A stretch of DNA of 64,000 nt, from positions 20,770,001 through 20,834,000 of the forward strand of contig OX597828.1 of assembly GCA_951406725.2 (NCBI GenBank). The letters are read 5' to 3'. Every line of letters starts with the position of its first letter. The first letter of the stretch is position 1. The notes beneath the pieces are model-generated. The model ran no database searches. It saw only the letters and a program-made list of their open reading frames with translations, and had not been told where the DNA came from. Below are positions 1 through 14,500 of this stretch, piece after piece. Position numbers and translations under genes: made by a program. This DNA is from Octopus vulgaris (taxonomy: Eukaryota).

Positions 1-875
1 CATTAACAGTGGGTGGTGGTCTTGGTTGGATAAGGGAGGTGTTCAGGTAGGGAGAACTTGGGTAGGGATGTTAGTGGGGATAGTTAGATCATAGAAAGAG
101 GTGCTGGGAGAAGGAAATCAGGCAAGGAGGTGGTGGTGATCAGTAATTGTGGTGGGTTGAGTGGGATGGGGGAATTGGAGAGGAGAGGGGTTGGGAGGGG
201 AGGTGATTGGGGAAAGGACAGTTGAGTTAGAAAAGGGGTAATTAGGGAGGAGAGTGGGTAGGAAGGGAGTGACCAGTGATTGTTGTTGGTAGTGGCCATG
301 GATGGGTAGGGAGAGAGAGCAGATGACGCAGGCAGAAAGGGAGAGAAAAATTTGGAAGATACAACAATTAAAAAATAAATAAATAGATAATTTTTTTAAA
401 AAAACGGTGTTTGAAGAGGAGTCAGTAGCTTAGGGTAAACAATAACGAGGGGTTGATAAGTGTCGGGGGGGGGGTATGCAGAAATAGTAATAAGTGGGTA
501 TGTGGGTGGGTAATTGGTTAAATTAGAGTAAATCACCCAGGGTATTGATTAAAGACTTCTTTTTTTTATTTAAAAGCAATAAAACCAAAAAAACTAAAAA
601 TTTAAAATAATTAACTATTTTTTTCCAGTATTGAATACAATGGCAGAGAAAGCCTCACCACAAAAACAAATAATTTTTTTTTTTAATTAAGCTAAGCAAT
701 TAAGTGATCTATTGTTGCATAAATTAAGGCAGCAGATGTAGAGGGCTGAATACAACAGGTAATGAAAAGCACTAGAAATGCTATGTTCTGGTGCTCCAGC
801 AGGGACTTAAGCCAGGGATGATTGATTAAAAATGATTCAGCTATAGTTGAAGAATTTAACGAAATACAAATACAC

Positions 876-919
<44 letters not shown>

Positions 920-1037
920 CGTGATATCTCGTGACCGACCAGGCTATCAGATGTTACTACACATCGCTGGTCACAATGCGGTTTGCATTGTTTTTTTAGC
1001 CTTCAGATGACGCCACCCCGCTGGCTAAGCGAGCAGG

Positions 1038-1087
<50 letters not shown>

Positions 1088-1277
1088 TATATATACATAT
1101 ATATATACATATATATATCCATCTAACTTTTCTGCACCCTATTCCTGAAGGGTTATGGGAAAAGAGTCCCTAGGCACCCACTTCATAGGGTTCAATCAGA
1201 AGCGACCATCAGCAGGCTTTCCAATTGGATTCTTACACACAACTGACTCCAGGCATCTCGCTTGTCATCTACCCCTA

Positions 1278-1321
<44 letters not shown>

Positions 1322-2497
1322 GGTATGATGGGTAAACTGTTGCCATTTTATCGTTTTAATTTCGCGCATGCGCACATTGTTTGATTAACAATGGGAAAAC
1401 CCAAAAATTTGGGTGGGGAGGGTAAAGGATTCATTTTATAGACAAAGCAACAAATTTAGCTCTGCCACCTATAGAAAGAACAAACGGGAAGGAAAGGCTG
1501 ACGGAGTTGAAAACAGAGGAAAATAAAAGGAGGGTTGAACCATGTGAACACACACTAAAGATGTGAAAGAAGAACAAAAAAAGCTTTCCACCTCTCGCTC
1601 TTTTTATTGTGGGGTAAGAAAAAGGGTGAGGATTTATCATGCAGCAATCAATGATCACAAAAAGCATTACCTTATTTATCTGAGGTTGTCAACAGTTAAG
1701 ATAAATACTCAAAGATATGTAGTTATTTCATCAAATTTTTATTTTCAATGATTTTAGTAAATTTTTTTGATATTTTTTTCAAAATCGAATTTTTTTTTTT
1801 TTTGTAAATAATTCTGCGAGATTAAAGGTTCAAATGATTAAGAGAACAATTAATTTAGTCATGATTTTTTTGCTCTTTTCATTTTGTTATAATTCTATTT
1901 TATTTTATTTTCGTATTATTTTTCTTGCTTCACCTATATATCAACATACATCCTTATACGTCCATCATTTTGGCTTACCCAATAGGGGATAAAAAGGACA
2001 CAAAGAGGAAGATAATAAAATTCCTACTTTTATCTCTCCCTGTATAGAAACACAGAAAAAGAGAGAGATAGCTTATACCATTCCATTCAAGAATTTAGAG
2101 AGGCCTAATAATATAACAAAGAATTTTCTTCTTTTTTGTAATCATAAAATTCATGCTCAGAACATAACAAAGGCCATTTACATAAAACTATGACGTAAGA
2201 ATTCAATTTAAATATAAAACACCTTAATTAAAGCAGAACTCTTTGTACCAAAGAGCCATAACTGTTCTAAAGCAGGGGTTTGGTTCCAAAAGGGTTATTG
2301 GAAAAGTTTCCATTATTAACTGGCTCCCATTCATATTGCTAATGAAATACACTGTTTATGTATTTTGGGAGTTTAATTAATTTTTAAAATAATCAAGAAT
2401 TTGGAATGATTAACAATAGGTTCTTACATGAACAGTTCTGATTTATATTTACCATTCCATCAGGCTAATAAAAGAATATTAAACAGGAGTCAACAAA

Positions 2498-2916
2498 GCG
2501 CAGGAGTGGCTGTGCGGTAAGTAGGCTCAGGAATGGCTGTGTGGTAAGTAGCTTGCTTGCAAACCACCTGGTTCTGGGTTCAGTCCCACTGCCTGGCACC
2601 TTGGGCAAGTGTCTTCTACTATAGCCTTGAGCCAACCAAAGCCTTGTGAGTGGATTTGGTAGATGGAAACTGAAAGAAGCCTGTCATATATATGTATATG
2701 TGTGTGTGTTTGTGTGTCTGTGTTTGTCCCCCCAACATCGCTTGACAACCAATGCTGATGTCTTTACATCCCCGTAACTTAGCTGTTCAGCAAAACAGAC
2801 CGATGGAATAAGTACTAGGCTTACAAAGAATAAGTCCTGCAGGTTGATTTGCTCAACTAAAGGTGGTGCTCCAGCATGGCCGCAGTCAAATGACTGAAAC
2901 AAGTAAAAGAGTAAAA
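2498..2916 (+). mobile_element. tRNA-derived SINE family A, full length, 5' head partly duplicated
   Basis: GGAGTGGCTGTGTGGTAAG..GGTTCAGTCCC head, internal (TA/TG)n, GAAACAAGTAAAAGAG tail; more than ten copies in window. Confidence 0.9.
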
Positions 2917-3114
2917 TAGTAAAGCAGCAAGTATGCAGTCACTTCTTACTAGAAATGGCTACCTAATTACCCTTAAATGCCACCTTAATGACTTAGAAAA
3001 ATAAGGATACATAGGAAAAGGGATTACTTATTAATTACTTGTACCCATGGCATTCACCCAGGGTGGACAAGCTGGCACTGACCAATGAGTAATGTTTGGA
3101 GTTTCAATGGGAAT

Positions 3115-3624
3115 AACTATTTCCAATTTTGGCATAAGAGGCCAGAAACCTTTTAGTGGGAGGGAGTAAAGGTAATTACATTGACTAAGTACTTCACCTG
3201 TACTTTATTTTATCAATCTCCAAACCTGATCTCAGTGAATTTCACTGGTACTTAATTTATCGACGCTAAAAGGATAAAAGGCAAAGTTGACCTCGGCAGA
3301 ATTTGAACTCAGAATATGTAAGGATGGCTGAAATACTGCCAAGTATTTCACCCGGCATGCTAACAACTCTGCCAGTTTGCCACCTTAATAATAATAATTT
3401 TAATAACAATTGTTTCTACTAAAGGCACACGGCCTGAAATTTCGGGTAAGGAGCTAGTCGATTATATTGACCCCAGTGCATAACTGGTACTTATTTCATT
3501 GACCCTGAAAGTATAAATGACAGAGTCAACCTTGGCGGGATTTGAACTCAGAATGTAGAGGCAGACAAAATGCCATTGAGCACTTTGCCCAGCATGCTAA
3601 TGATTCTGTCACCTCACCACCATT

Positions 3625-3662
<38 letters not shown>

Positions 3663-4145
3663 TATAATAATAATAATGATAATCCTTTCTACTATAGGCA
3701 CAAAGCCTGAAATCTTGGGAGGAGGAAACTAGTCAATTACATCCATCCCAGTGTTTCACTGGTACTTAAATTAACAGCCCCGAAAGGATAAAAAGTAAAG
3801 TCGACCTCAGCGGAATTTGAACCCAGAACGTAGCGACAGGTGAAGTACTGCTAAGCATTTTGTCCACCATGCTGACAATTCTGCCAGCTCACCACCTTCA
3901 TAATAATAAGAGTAGTAATAACAATCTCAAATTTTGCCACAAGGGCAGCCATTTTTTTGGGGGGGGAGGGGGGTAAGATGATCACATCAATCCCAGTGTT
4001 CTTACTGGTACTTAATTTATCGAAACCGAAAGGATGAAAGGCGTAGTCGACCTCGACGGAATTTGAACTTAGAATGTAGCGACGGGCGAAATACCGCAAA
4101 GCATTTCGCCCAGCATGCTAACGATTCAGCTGGCTCACTGCCTTA
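3115..4145 (-). mobile_element. Head-to-tail cluster of about four tRNA-derived family B SINEs separated by (AAT)n
   Basis: Repeated minus-strand AAGGCGGTGAGCTGGCAGAATCGTTAG..GAGTTCAAATTCC..CCTTTCATCCTTTCGGGGTCGATAAATTAAGTACCAG unit. Confidence 0.9.
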
Positions 4146-4146
4146 C

Positions 4147-4195
<49 letters not shown>

Positions 4196-4308
4196 TGAAG
4201 ATGATGATGATGATGAATAACTTCTTTATAATATTAATATTCATTGTTGGCAACCTCAAGATAATTTATTAAACAGCAGACAACATAAAGACAAAATCAT
4301 GATATTAT

Positions 4309-4339
<31 letters not shown>

Positions 4340-4453
4340 GTATAAATATATATATATATATACATATGTATATATGGTAGATGTAGAGCAGATGTAAGAG
4401 ATATATATGTTATGTATATACAAAAGAATGAGATGAAATAAGATGGAACAAAC

Positions 4454-4465
4454 CTGGAGAGAGTC
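4454..4465 (-). CDS. EndoA: Candidate 12-nt microexon of endophilin A (GLSP), or 21 nt (4454-4474) from an upstream AAG
   Basis: Pyrimidine tract, CTAAT branch-like site, tctcaccag|GACTCTCTCCAG|gtttgt; phase 1-1. Confidence 0.4.
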
Positions 4466-6424
4466 CTGGTGAGACTTGATTAGGAAAAGAAGAGAAAGAA
4501 ATGATCGTTTATTGATGGCTTAATTATACATGCATGCACACACACACACACATATACACACATACGCATACATATGTAGAAATGTATATATGCATGTATA
4601 TACATAAACACACACACGTGTGCGCGCGCGTGTATATGTGTGTGTGTGTGTGTAATTCATGAACAGCAACAATAAATGGCAATATACATTCATGGCATTG
4701 CAAGGAAATCTTCATAAACAGTTATTTAGCAATTGTCAAAGAACCAGCAATTTACGATGCTCATGTGAAAGAATGAATATTATTATGATAGTGATGATGA
4801 TAATATTAATGATAATAATAATAATAATAACAATGGCAAATAATGATTCGGTTTGTTTTGTTTTTTCTTTTGTTTATCTTTTCGTTTACCATAGGCACAA
4901 GGTGACAAATTAGTAGGTACAGGAGTTAGTTGACTATCGAACCTCTAGTACTAAACTTGTATTTTATTTAACACCACCTGCCTTTTCACCAGATGAATGA
5001 CACGAAAAGTTGACCTTCACAAGATCTGGACTGTAAAGTGTTGAGTTTGAATACTGTAATGTGTTTGATCCCATGCAAATGACTTTGACAATTCTCAGCC
5101 CTCACTATTAATAATAATGGTCCCTAATATAGGCACATGGTTACAAATATGGAAGCATAGGACGTGGTTAATCGTACAATTCCAGTACTTGACTGGTACT
5201 TTATCAACCCCAGGGAAGATGAAAGGCAAATTTGACCTCAGCATGATTTGAACTCGGAGCTACAAGATTACAAATATGGAGGCAGAAGGTGTTGTCAATT
5301 ATACCAACTCTAGGTGTTTTAAGGTAAGTAACTAAATACTGCACATCATTTTATATATTGCTGTATTCTTTCTGCAATAATGAAGGTCACCAACTTTGGT
5401 AAAAATGACATACATTTTTACAGAAAATGCATGTGACAATTTAAATTAACCCCAATTAAGTGTATGAAAGATCTTTATTTTAGCCTCCATGGATGGCTGA
5501 AAAAGCAAATTTTCAGTCTGCACAGAAATATACATGAAAAAGATTCAGTAGATCTATTTAACATCCTAGTATATGACCAGGGTTTTATTTTACTGATCCT
5601 GGAAGAATGAAAAACAAGGACAATTGAAGTGGGGTTTAAAAGCAGAAAGGAAAACAATCAGACCCATACACCACAAGGCATTTTGTCTCACACTGGAAAA
5701 AACCTGCCAATTCACAGCCATTGGTTCATCAGTGATATTAACAGCTCTTTCTAATTTTGGCACAAGCTAGCAATTTTGAGGGGATAGCAAAGTCAATTAC
5801 TCTGAGCCTAGTACTTGACCTGTTCTTTATTTTATCAACCCCCAAAAGGATGAAATGCAAAGCTGACCTCAATGGCATTTGAACTCATAAGAAATGCCAC
5901 TAAGCGTTTGGTCCGGTGCAGTAACAATTTTACCAACTCACTGTCTTAATGAAGCTATTAATAATAAAATGTTCTTCGATTTCTTACAGAAACATAACAT
6001 GGTAGAAGGGTGGGTTGCAACATGACTGGTGTAATCTCCAAGAGAAGAGACCATGATAGATTACTACAGAGAATACTTTTAATAAATGAGAAATCACACA
6101 TGCAAATATTAATCCTACCAATTCATCACACATTATAGAAATGACAAAGGACCGAGGTACCTAGCACATTGCTGTACTCAAGTGGACCCATCTGCCAATA
6201 CAGAACTGATGTCGGTGCTGGGACCACATAAAAAGCACCCAGTACACTTTGTGGAGTGGTTGGCATTGGGAAGGGCATCCAGCTGTAGAAACAAACCATG
6301 CCACAACAGACGATGGAGCCTGTTTCAGCCCCTGGCCTTACCAGATACGGTCAAACCGTCCAACCCATGGTAGTATGGGAAACAGACATTAAATGATGAT
6401 GATGATATCATTATATGAGTGTTC

Positions 6425-6497
<73 letters not shown>

Positions 6498-6667
6498 TAT
6501 GTATGTACAGATAAACACATACACAAAAATGGTTGGTGTTAGAAAGCGCATCCAGCCAAAGAAACCATGCTAAAGCAGAGAGCAGGGCTTTGTATAATCT
6601 GATTTGCCAGTTCTTCTGTTAAACCATCCAATCCATGCCAGCATAGAAAACAGACGTTAAATGATGA

Positions 6668-6712
<45 letters not shown>

Positions 6713-7312
6713 ATTTAAACAGTATTATTTTTCGCATGGGCATAGTCTCATGCCATTGTAATTTTTCAAATGTGTGGTAGCAAGTCTTGCACAACCCTTC
6801 TCCCCTGAAAACAAATAATGTGTGAGTAGTCTACCAATGTGCTGTTAGACCCTCAAACATCAAAGCTAATGGGAGAATCTACTATATATGTTTATAATCA
6901 ATGTGGTAAGATGCTGGCTTTTTTTAAAATTTTCTTCTTATGCAAAATACCAAAATGCTCAATAAAAACTCACAGAATCTCAAAGAGTATCTCATATTTA
7001 GTACTCATAACTACTTCCATAGCATGGCTACATGCTATTGTCCTGTACCTTAGTCACTGAAATTTTCAGTGGAATCTGTTGTAATTGTTGAAGCAAAAGA
7101 CAAAAATGCAACATGTCATGTGCCACCCTATAATGAAAAGAAATACAGAGTTAATTTCGACCTGCATACACAGAATGAAATCGTTGTTAACTCCCTTGAT
7201 GGCAACTACAGGCAGAGAATCAATGATATCACACATCATATGACATGCTGCTATCTTCTTCTTTCCTTCAGCAACTATGACAGAATTCACTGACGATATG
7301 ATGATGAATATG

Positions 7313-7369
<57 letters not shown>

Positions 7370-7650
7370 GTAATTTATAATGAAGTTATAGAGCAATATT
7401 TATTTTTATCAATTTGTTTATTAACGTTTCTTTCTTTATCATTTATTACTATTTTTATTTAGCAGCTAATTAATATCTGAAATAAGATGATCAAAGGATA
7501 ATTAACGATGATGACAACAACTGCAACTACGACAACAACAACCAAGAACTAGAGACACTACTACTGGTACTGCTACAAGAACAACAACATCAATTATGTA
7601 ACATCAACAACATCACTTGCAGCAAACTGCAAGAAATTATAAACAATTAC

Positions 7651-7693
<43 letters not shown>

Positions 7694-8494
7694 TGTGATA
7701 ATGTTTACTATTCTACACAAGTTTTACAGCTACAATACTACTACTACAACTACTACTGGTGATAATGATTTTTCGTTCATTTATTTTTGCATCTGCAATT
7801 TCCATGCTTGCATGGGTTAGATGAGTATGTTACCAAGTCAGTGTTTTACAACGGGATGCTCTTCCTGTCACTTACCCTAACCTGTTCCCTGAATAAAGGG
7901 ATGTCTACTTCAAACACAAAATGCAGGCAGAGGATTAGTTGAAGGCAGAAATGACAACACCATTACTGCTTGCAACTCAGTGACCTAAAGAGAAGCACAA
8001 GTGTAAACCATATGTACACATTGCCAACCCCGAAAGGATGATAGACAAAGTCGACCTCAGCGGAATTTGAACTCAGGACATAGAAGACGGATGAAATACC
8101 ACTAAACATTTTACCCGGAATTATCTTTCATGACTTCACTCCAAGCCCTATATTTCTGGGTTTCCAAGAGTGGCTGGAGGATTGGAGGAGAGGGAGAGAA
8201 AGAAAGAAATCACTCTCAGGCTAATGAATGGACCTCCTTTAAGTCACAAATGACCATGGGATTGCACCTAGAAAGTTCCCTCCAAGGCACAAATCAAGAC
8301 AAGGTGATTTATGGAAGACTGGCAGTCGCCCATGCATACCAGCCTCCCCTCTGAATGCCAACAATATTATCCAAGTGAAAGGCAAAGGGGTCGATACAGC
8401 TTGGCACCAGTGACATTGCAACTCATTTCTACAGCTGAGTGAACTGGATCAACATGAAATAAAGTGTCTTGCTCAAGAACACATTATAATAATA

Positions 8495-8920
8495 ATCATA
8501 AAGGCACACGGCCTGAAATTTGGTGGGAGGGGACTAGCTGATTACATTGACCCCAGAACACAACTGGTACTTAATTTACCAATCCTGAAAGGATGAAAGG
8601 CAAAGTTGACCTTGGCAGAATTTGAATTCGGAACACAGCGATGGGCGAAACACTGTTAAGCATTTCATCCAGAATGCTAACAACTCTGATGGCTCCACTA
8701 CCTCGATAATAATAATAATCCTTTCTACTATAGGCACAAGGCCTGAAGTTTTGGGGGAGGGGGCCAGTCGATTCGATCGACCCCAGTATGCAACTGGTAC
8801 TTAATTTCTCGACTCCGAAAGGATGAAAGGCAAAGTCGACCTCAGCGGAATTTGAACTCAGAACGTAATGACGGCGAAATACTGTTAAGCATGCTAACAA
8901 TTTTGCCGGCTCACCGCCTT
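8495..8920 (-). mobile_element. Two tandem family B SINEs
   Basis: Matches the family B consensus. Confidence 0.88.
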
Positions 8921-8921
8921 G

Positions 8922-8952
<31 letters not shown>

Positions 8953-9949
8953 AATATTATTTCTAATTTTGGTACAAGAGTAGCAATTTTGAGGAGAAGG
9001 GCCAAGTTGGTTACATGGTCTCCTCAGTACTTTGGCTAATTGTTTTAGGTGCTACTATAACTGGGAGCAAACATAGACATTCTCTCTTTTGGTTCTCCCA
9101 CATTTGGTCCCTATGTTGCAATGGAACATTCAGGATCTGGCAGCTGGAGTGAGAAAGAGAGAGAGAGACCAGCAGTCAGTGGCTGCTCATTTCCAGCTGA
9201 GTGAATTGGAGTAATGTGAAATGATGAATCTTGCTCTCAAGGGCACAAAAACACTACCCTGTCGAAGAACTGAACCCACGACATTATGACGATGAGGTCA
9301 ACAGCCTAAATCACAAGGCCACATGCCTCCTCATTGAAGCAGTCAAGAGATATTGAGAGCTGGTTCCTCTGGTCACTTCATTGTAAAGACAGCAGAGAAG
9401 CTATGGAGGGAGATAAAACCAGGATATAAAGCAGGGTACATGAATAACTAGAGGGGAAGAGGCGTTTGTGGATTTTCATTAGGGGCCTTGATGGCGCTAA
9501 GTTTAGAGTCTTCATAGGGACATCCGCAGGCAAAGATCACTGCTTCAGTCGAGCAAGAAGAAAATATCTGCAGCAGAGTGAACAGGAGAGAGAAAGAGAG
9601 CATAATGTACAGTGTGTGTGTGCATGTGTAGTGTGTGTGTGTGCATGTGTAGTGTGTGTGTGTGCATGTGTAGTGTGTGTGTGTGCATGTGTAGTGTGTG
9701 TGTGTGCATGTGTAGTGTGTGTGTGGCTTTGTATACAGATGAGTGAGTGCATGTATATGCATGGTAATATGATGCGCTTGAATGTGTGTGTATGTGTATT
9801 CAGACAAGCTTTGTTTAACTTGGTCTCTGTGTGTGTATGCATGCATATACACATCTATACTTCTACATCTACATATATATATATATAAATATAAATATAT
9901 ATGTTTATATAAATATAAATATATATGTTTATATAAATATAAATGTGTA

Positions 9950-10005
<56 letters not shown>

Positions 10006-10219
10006 TGAATGTGTTTGGGTACATGTCTGTATGTGCTTGTGTGCAGGTATACCATGCATTAGACACTGTGCGCATAAAGTGCAGTCATCAGATTTCTAAA
10101 TAATCTGTATCTGTTCAAAGTTGCATCAATGCACCATGTATATACCTATATAGCTATGGACAGAATATACACAAATATATATATATAATATTATACATAT
10201 ATATATATAATATATAAGC

Positions 10220-10271
<52 letters not shown>

Positions 10272-10650
10272 TTATACATATACTTATACATATACTTATA
10301 CATATATATATTTATATTTATATATATATATATATACATATATATATTTATATATGCATATATATTTATATATATTATATATGTACTTATATATAATATA
10401 TATACATGTATATATAATATGTAATATATATGTATATGTATATAAATATATAATACATAATATATATAATATATATGTATAATATGTATATATATATAAT
10501 ACATAATATAAATATAATATATATATATGTATAATATGTATATATATATAAATATATATATATTATATGGAGCATATATATAATATATATACATATGTAT
10601 ATACATATAAAATATATATAAAATATAATATATTTACATATATATATGAA

Positions 10651-10692
<42 letters not shown>

Positions 10693-12751
10693 ATATTTAT
10701 ATAGGTAAAAATATAATATATATGTATACATATATATAATATACACATGCATCACATACAATACTGAAATATGAAAAAGTATAAACACATATACTATATA
10801 TATGTATTTATATATATATGTATATATACACATACACACATACACGAATACACATATACATATATATACATATTCACATATCCACATATAGTAAAACATT
10901 TCGGCTCACCCACGGACATGTACTTGCTGATATGAGTTAGTAAAAGAGGGAGGAAGGGCTATAATGGGTTTCTCAGGGGTTAAGGGTTTTGGGGCATAAG
11001 GGTTAGCAGATGGTGGGGGCCATTCGGGGGTGAATGGCAAGGGTGGTTGATTGCAGCATTACTTTGTGGGAGGGTTGATGGAGTGGATAGGAGGAGATTC
11101 AAGACAGCAAGAGACAGAGGGTTGAAAGGAAGGGTGTAAGCATCAAAATGAAGGGTGTGTGGATTTGGGGAGGGGGTTCCTCATGGTGGCGGTGGTGGCA
11201 GTAGTGGTGGTGGTGGTGGTGTTAGCAGAGGAGGTGATATTGATAGTGGTAGAGGTGGTGCTGTTACTGATGTAGCTGATGGTGGTGGTGGTGGTGGTGG
11301 TGGTGGTGGTAGTAGTAGTGTTAGTAATTGAGGTGGTGGTGGTGTCGTTAGTAGGTGGAGGTGTTAGTGCTAGTAGTAAGAATAGAGGCTTTAGTGGTTG
11401 TACTGTTACTGAGGGGCGGGTGGTAATGGTGGTGTTGGAGGGGGCTGCAAGGTAATCATAGTGGTGACAGTGGTGCTGGAGTGGGGTGCAACACAATCAT
11501 AGTGGTGATGGTGGTGATAAAAATGATTGTGGGAGTGTTGATGATGATAGTGATGGTGGTGGTGGTGGTGGTGGTGGTGAGACAGTAGTCAGTGATGGTG
11601 TGTGTATTAATCATCACCATCATCATCATTTAACATCAATGTCCCACACTGGCACAGATTGGATGGTTTGACAAGATATGACGGACCCAAATACTGCATT
11701 GTGCTCCAGTGTCTACTTTAGCATCTTTTCTACAGCTGGATACTCTTTCTAATGCCAAGACTCTTTACAGCATGGCCTGGGTGCTATTTTTTTCCCCATG
11801 CCACCAGTAATAGTGGTCCCCACGCAGCAAACAAGACTACAAACCCCCAAGGAATAAGGAGCAGTTTTATGCTAGGAGATGAGCAGGGAACAGAGGGGTT
11901 TATCTTTACATACATTTGGGTGTATGTTTAGCAAAAGGAAATTAAAGGGATTTTTTTTTTAGCTCTCGGACAGCTCTGATCCAACAGAAGACCCATGATA
12001 AAGACAATTTAATTATGACCATTCCATCTATTTCTTTTCATACAATGTCATCATCATCATCATCATCACCATTATAACTTAATGATCGTTTTCCCTGCTG
12101 GCATGGATTGTATGGTTTGACAGGAGCTGGTGAGCCAGAGAACTGTACCAAGCTCTACTGTCTAATTCAATATGGTTTCTATGGCTAGATGCCTTTCCTA
12201 ATGCCAAACATTTTAAAGAGTATACTGGGTGCTTTTTAGATGGCACCAGCACCAGCAAGGTCACTAAGTAACTTGAAAGACAAAGACCCTTCGACTAAGA
12301 GGGTAAGTAGTATTGAGGGAAGTAGCTTTTGTACAGGTGTTGAGAGATTAACTCTTTTGATACCAACCCTCCTGAAACTGCCTCTGGTTCCATAGTACAA
12401 ATGTTCTGTTTTCAAAAGTTTATCATTACATCATCATCTTTTAATGTCTGCTTTCCATGCTGACATAGGTTGGGCAGTTTGACAGAGGACTGGCAAGCCA
12501 GGCGGTTGCACCACGCTGCAATCTGATCTGGCAAGGTTTCAACAGCTGGATGCCCTTCCTAATACCAACCGCTCTGAAAGTTCTGAATTACAATCTTCCA
12601 CCAAACCTTAGTCATAATTTATGTCCCTAACACTAGCTTAATAACGAAGTTATTTTACTAAATTCTTTGTTGTATTTAAAATTAATTGAAAGAAACATGG
12701 AGCATCTCAAGGAAATGTGGTGAGAAAAGGGCTAGCAAATAATTAATTTAA

Positions 12752-12973
12752 CCCTTTTGATACCAACCCGGCTGAAACCGCCTCTGGCTCTGAGTACAAA
12801 TGTCTTGTTTCCATAAGTTTTGAATTAAAATCTTCCACCAAACCTTAGTCATAATTTATGTTCTTAACACTAGGTTAATGATAACAAAGTTATTTTACTA
12901 AATTTCTTTGTTACATTTAAAATTAATTGAAAGAAACACAGAGCATCTCAACAGAAATATGGTAACAAAAGGG
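12752..12973. mobile_element. piggyBac-like MITE; a second, interrupted copy lies at 12348-12735
   Basis: TTAA on both sides; TIRs CCCTTTTGATACCA / TGGTAACAAAAGGG. Confidence 0.85.
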
Positions 12974-13789
12974 TTAAAGTATGTTAGGGGGATGGAAATA
13001 GGTGTCTTGCTGTAGAGCAGGTACAGGGCTGCCTATATCTTGAATGATAATATCCAATAGGCCCTTCTTGTTACGAAATGATAGGGTTTAGGTTTGATGT
13101 GATGACCAGTTGGTTGTTATTTCTAGCAAGTAGAATGATGCCCATAAAGCTTCTCCTTGTCAATGCCTAATGCTATTGTTGCTTAGTCCTGGTGTAGCAG
13201 ACTTGTGATGATCAAAGACATTCCAATCTCGACCATCCAGTCTTTTTGTCAGACACGACATATATCTAGGACTACAATATCTAGTGTATCCTTCCATTTT
13301 TAAAAAAATAAAACTTGCATAATATGATTTGAGAAAGATTTGGTCACTGCTTCTAGGAAGTCAGTTGATCACAAAGAGGGCTACCTCATTCTCTATTTGG
13401 TGGTAAGGTAAGGGTGATAGTGATGAGGTGGTAACAGTAGTGGAGGTGCTGGTGCTGATTTGATGGTGGTAGTGGTTGTGATGGTGATGGTGGTAGTGCA
13501 GAGGGATGAGGTGGGGTGCATTGTAGTGATAGTAGTGAAGATGATGTCATGGTGGAGGTGGTGATGACGATGAAAATGTTGGTAGTCATGATGGTTTGAA
13601 AAAGGTGGTGGTGTTGGTGATGATGCAGGTAGCGGTGATAAATGAGGTAGTGACGATGGTGATGGTGAAGATGACGAAGGTGGTGCTGGCAGTAAAAATG
13701 ACCATCAAAACGATAATAATGGCAATGATAGTGGGAACGAAGACAGTGATGGTCATATCAATATACATGTTTTATTTTCTAGGGACTGG

Positions 13790-14500
13790 ATAAATTAAGT
13801 ACCAGTACGCAACTGGTACTTAATTTATCGACCCTGAAAGGATGAAAGGCAAAGCTGACCTCGGTGGAATTTGAACTCAGAACGTAATGACAGACGAAAT
13901 ACCTATTTCTTATTTCTTTATTACCCACAAGGGGCTAAACACAGAGAGGACAAACAAGGACAGACATAGGTATTAAGTCGATTACATCGACCCCAGTGCG
14001 TAACTGGTGCTTAATTTATCGACCCCGAAAGGATGAAAGGCAAAGCTGACCTCGGTGGAATTTGAACTCAGAATGTAATGAGAGACGAAATACCGCCAAG
14101 CATTTCTCCCAGCGTGCTAACGTTTCTGCCAGTCCGCCTTCATTGGTGCTTAATTCATGAAACCACGAAAGGATAAAAGGCAAAGTTGACCTCGACGGAA
14201 TTTGAACCCAGAACGTAGCTACGGGCAAAATACTGCTAAGCATTTTGTCCAGCATGCTAACAATTCTGCCAGCTCACCACAGCTTTTAATAATAACAATA
14301 ATGGTTTCAAGTTTTGGCACAAGGCCAGCAATATCAGGGCAAGGGTTAAGTTGATTTCATTGAGCCCAGTATTCAACTGGTACTTATTTTGTCAGCCCCA
14401 ATAGGATGAAAGGCAAAATCGGCCTTAATGGAATTTGAACACAGAATTAAAGGCTAAGCTTTTTGCCCACCATGCTAACAAGTCAGCTAGTTCACCACCT
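13790..14500 (-). mobile_element. Cluster of nested or tandem family B SINEs
   Basis: About four partial or complete units. Confidence 0.88.

Noticed and set aside
1-340. G-rich tract with quadruplex potential and a Pro/Leu/Ser ORF
   Set aside because: Low-complexity sequence; the G-rich strand is not the transcribed sense strand and there is no coding evidence
9613-9720. Five TGCATG motifs in a 20-bp repeat
   Set aside because: They are on the plus strand; the pre-mRNA strand reads CAUGCA, which is not an RBFOX site
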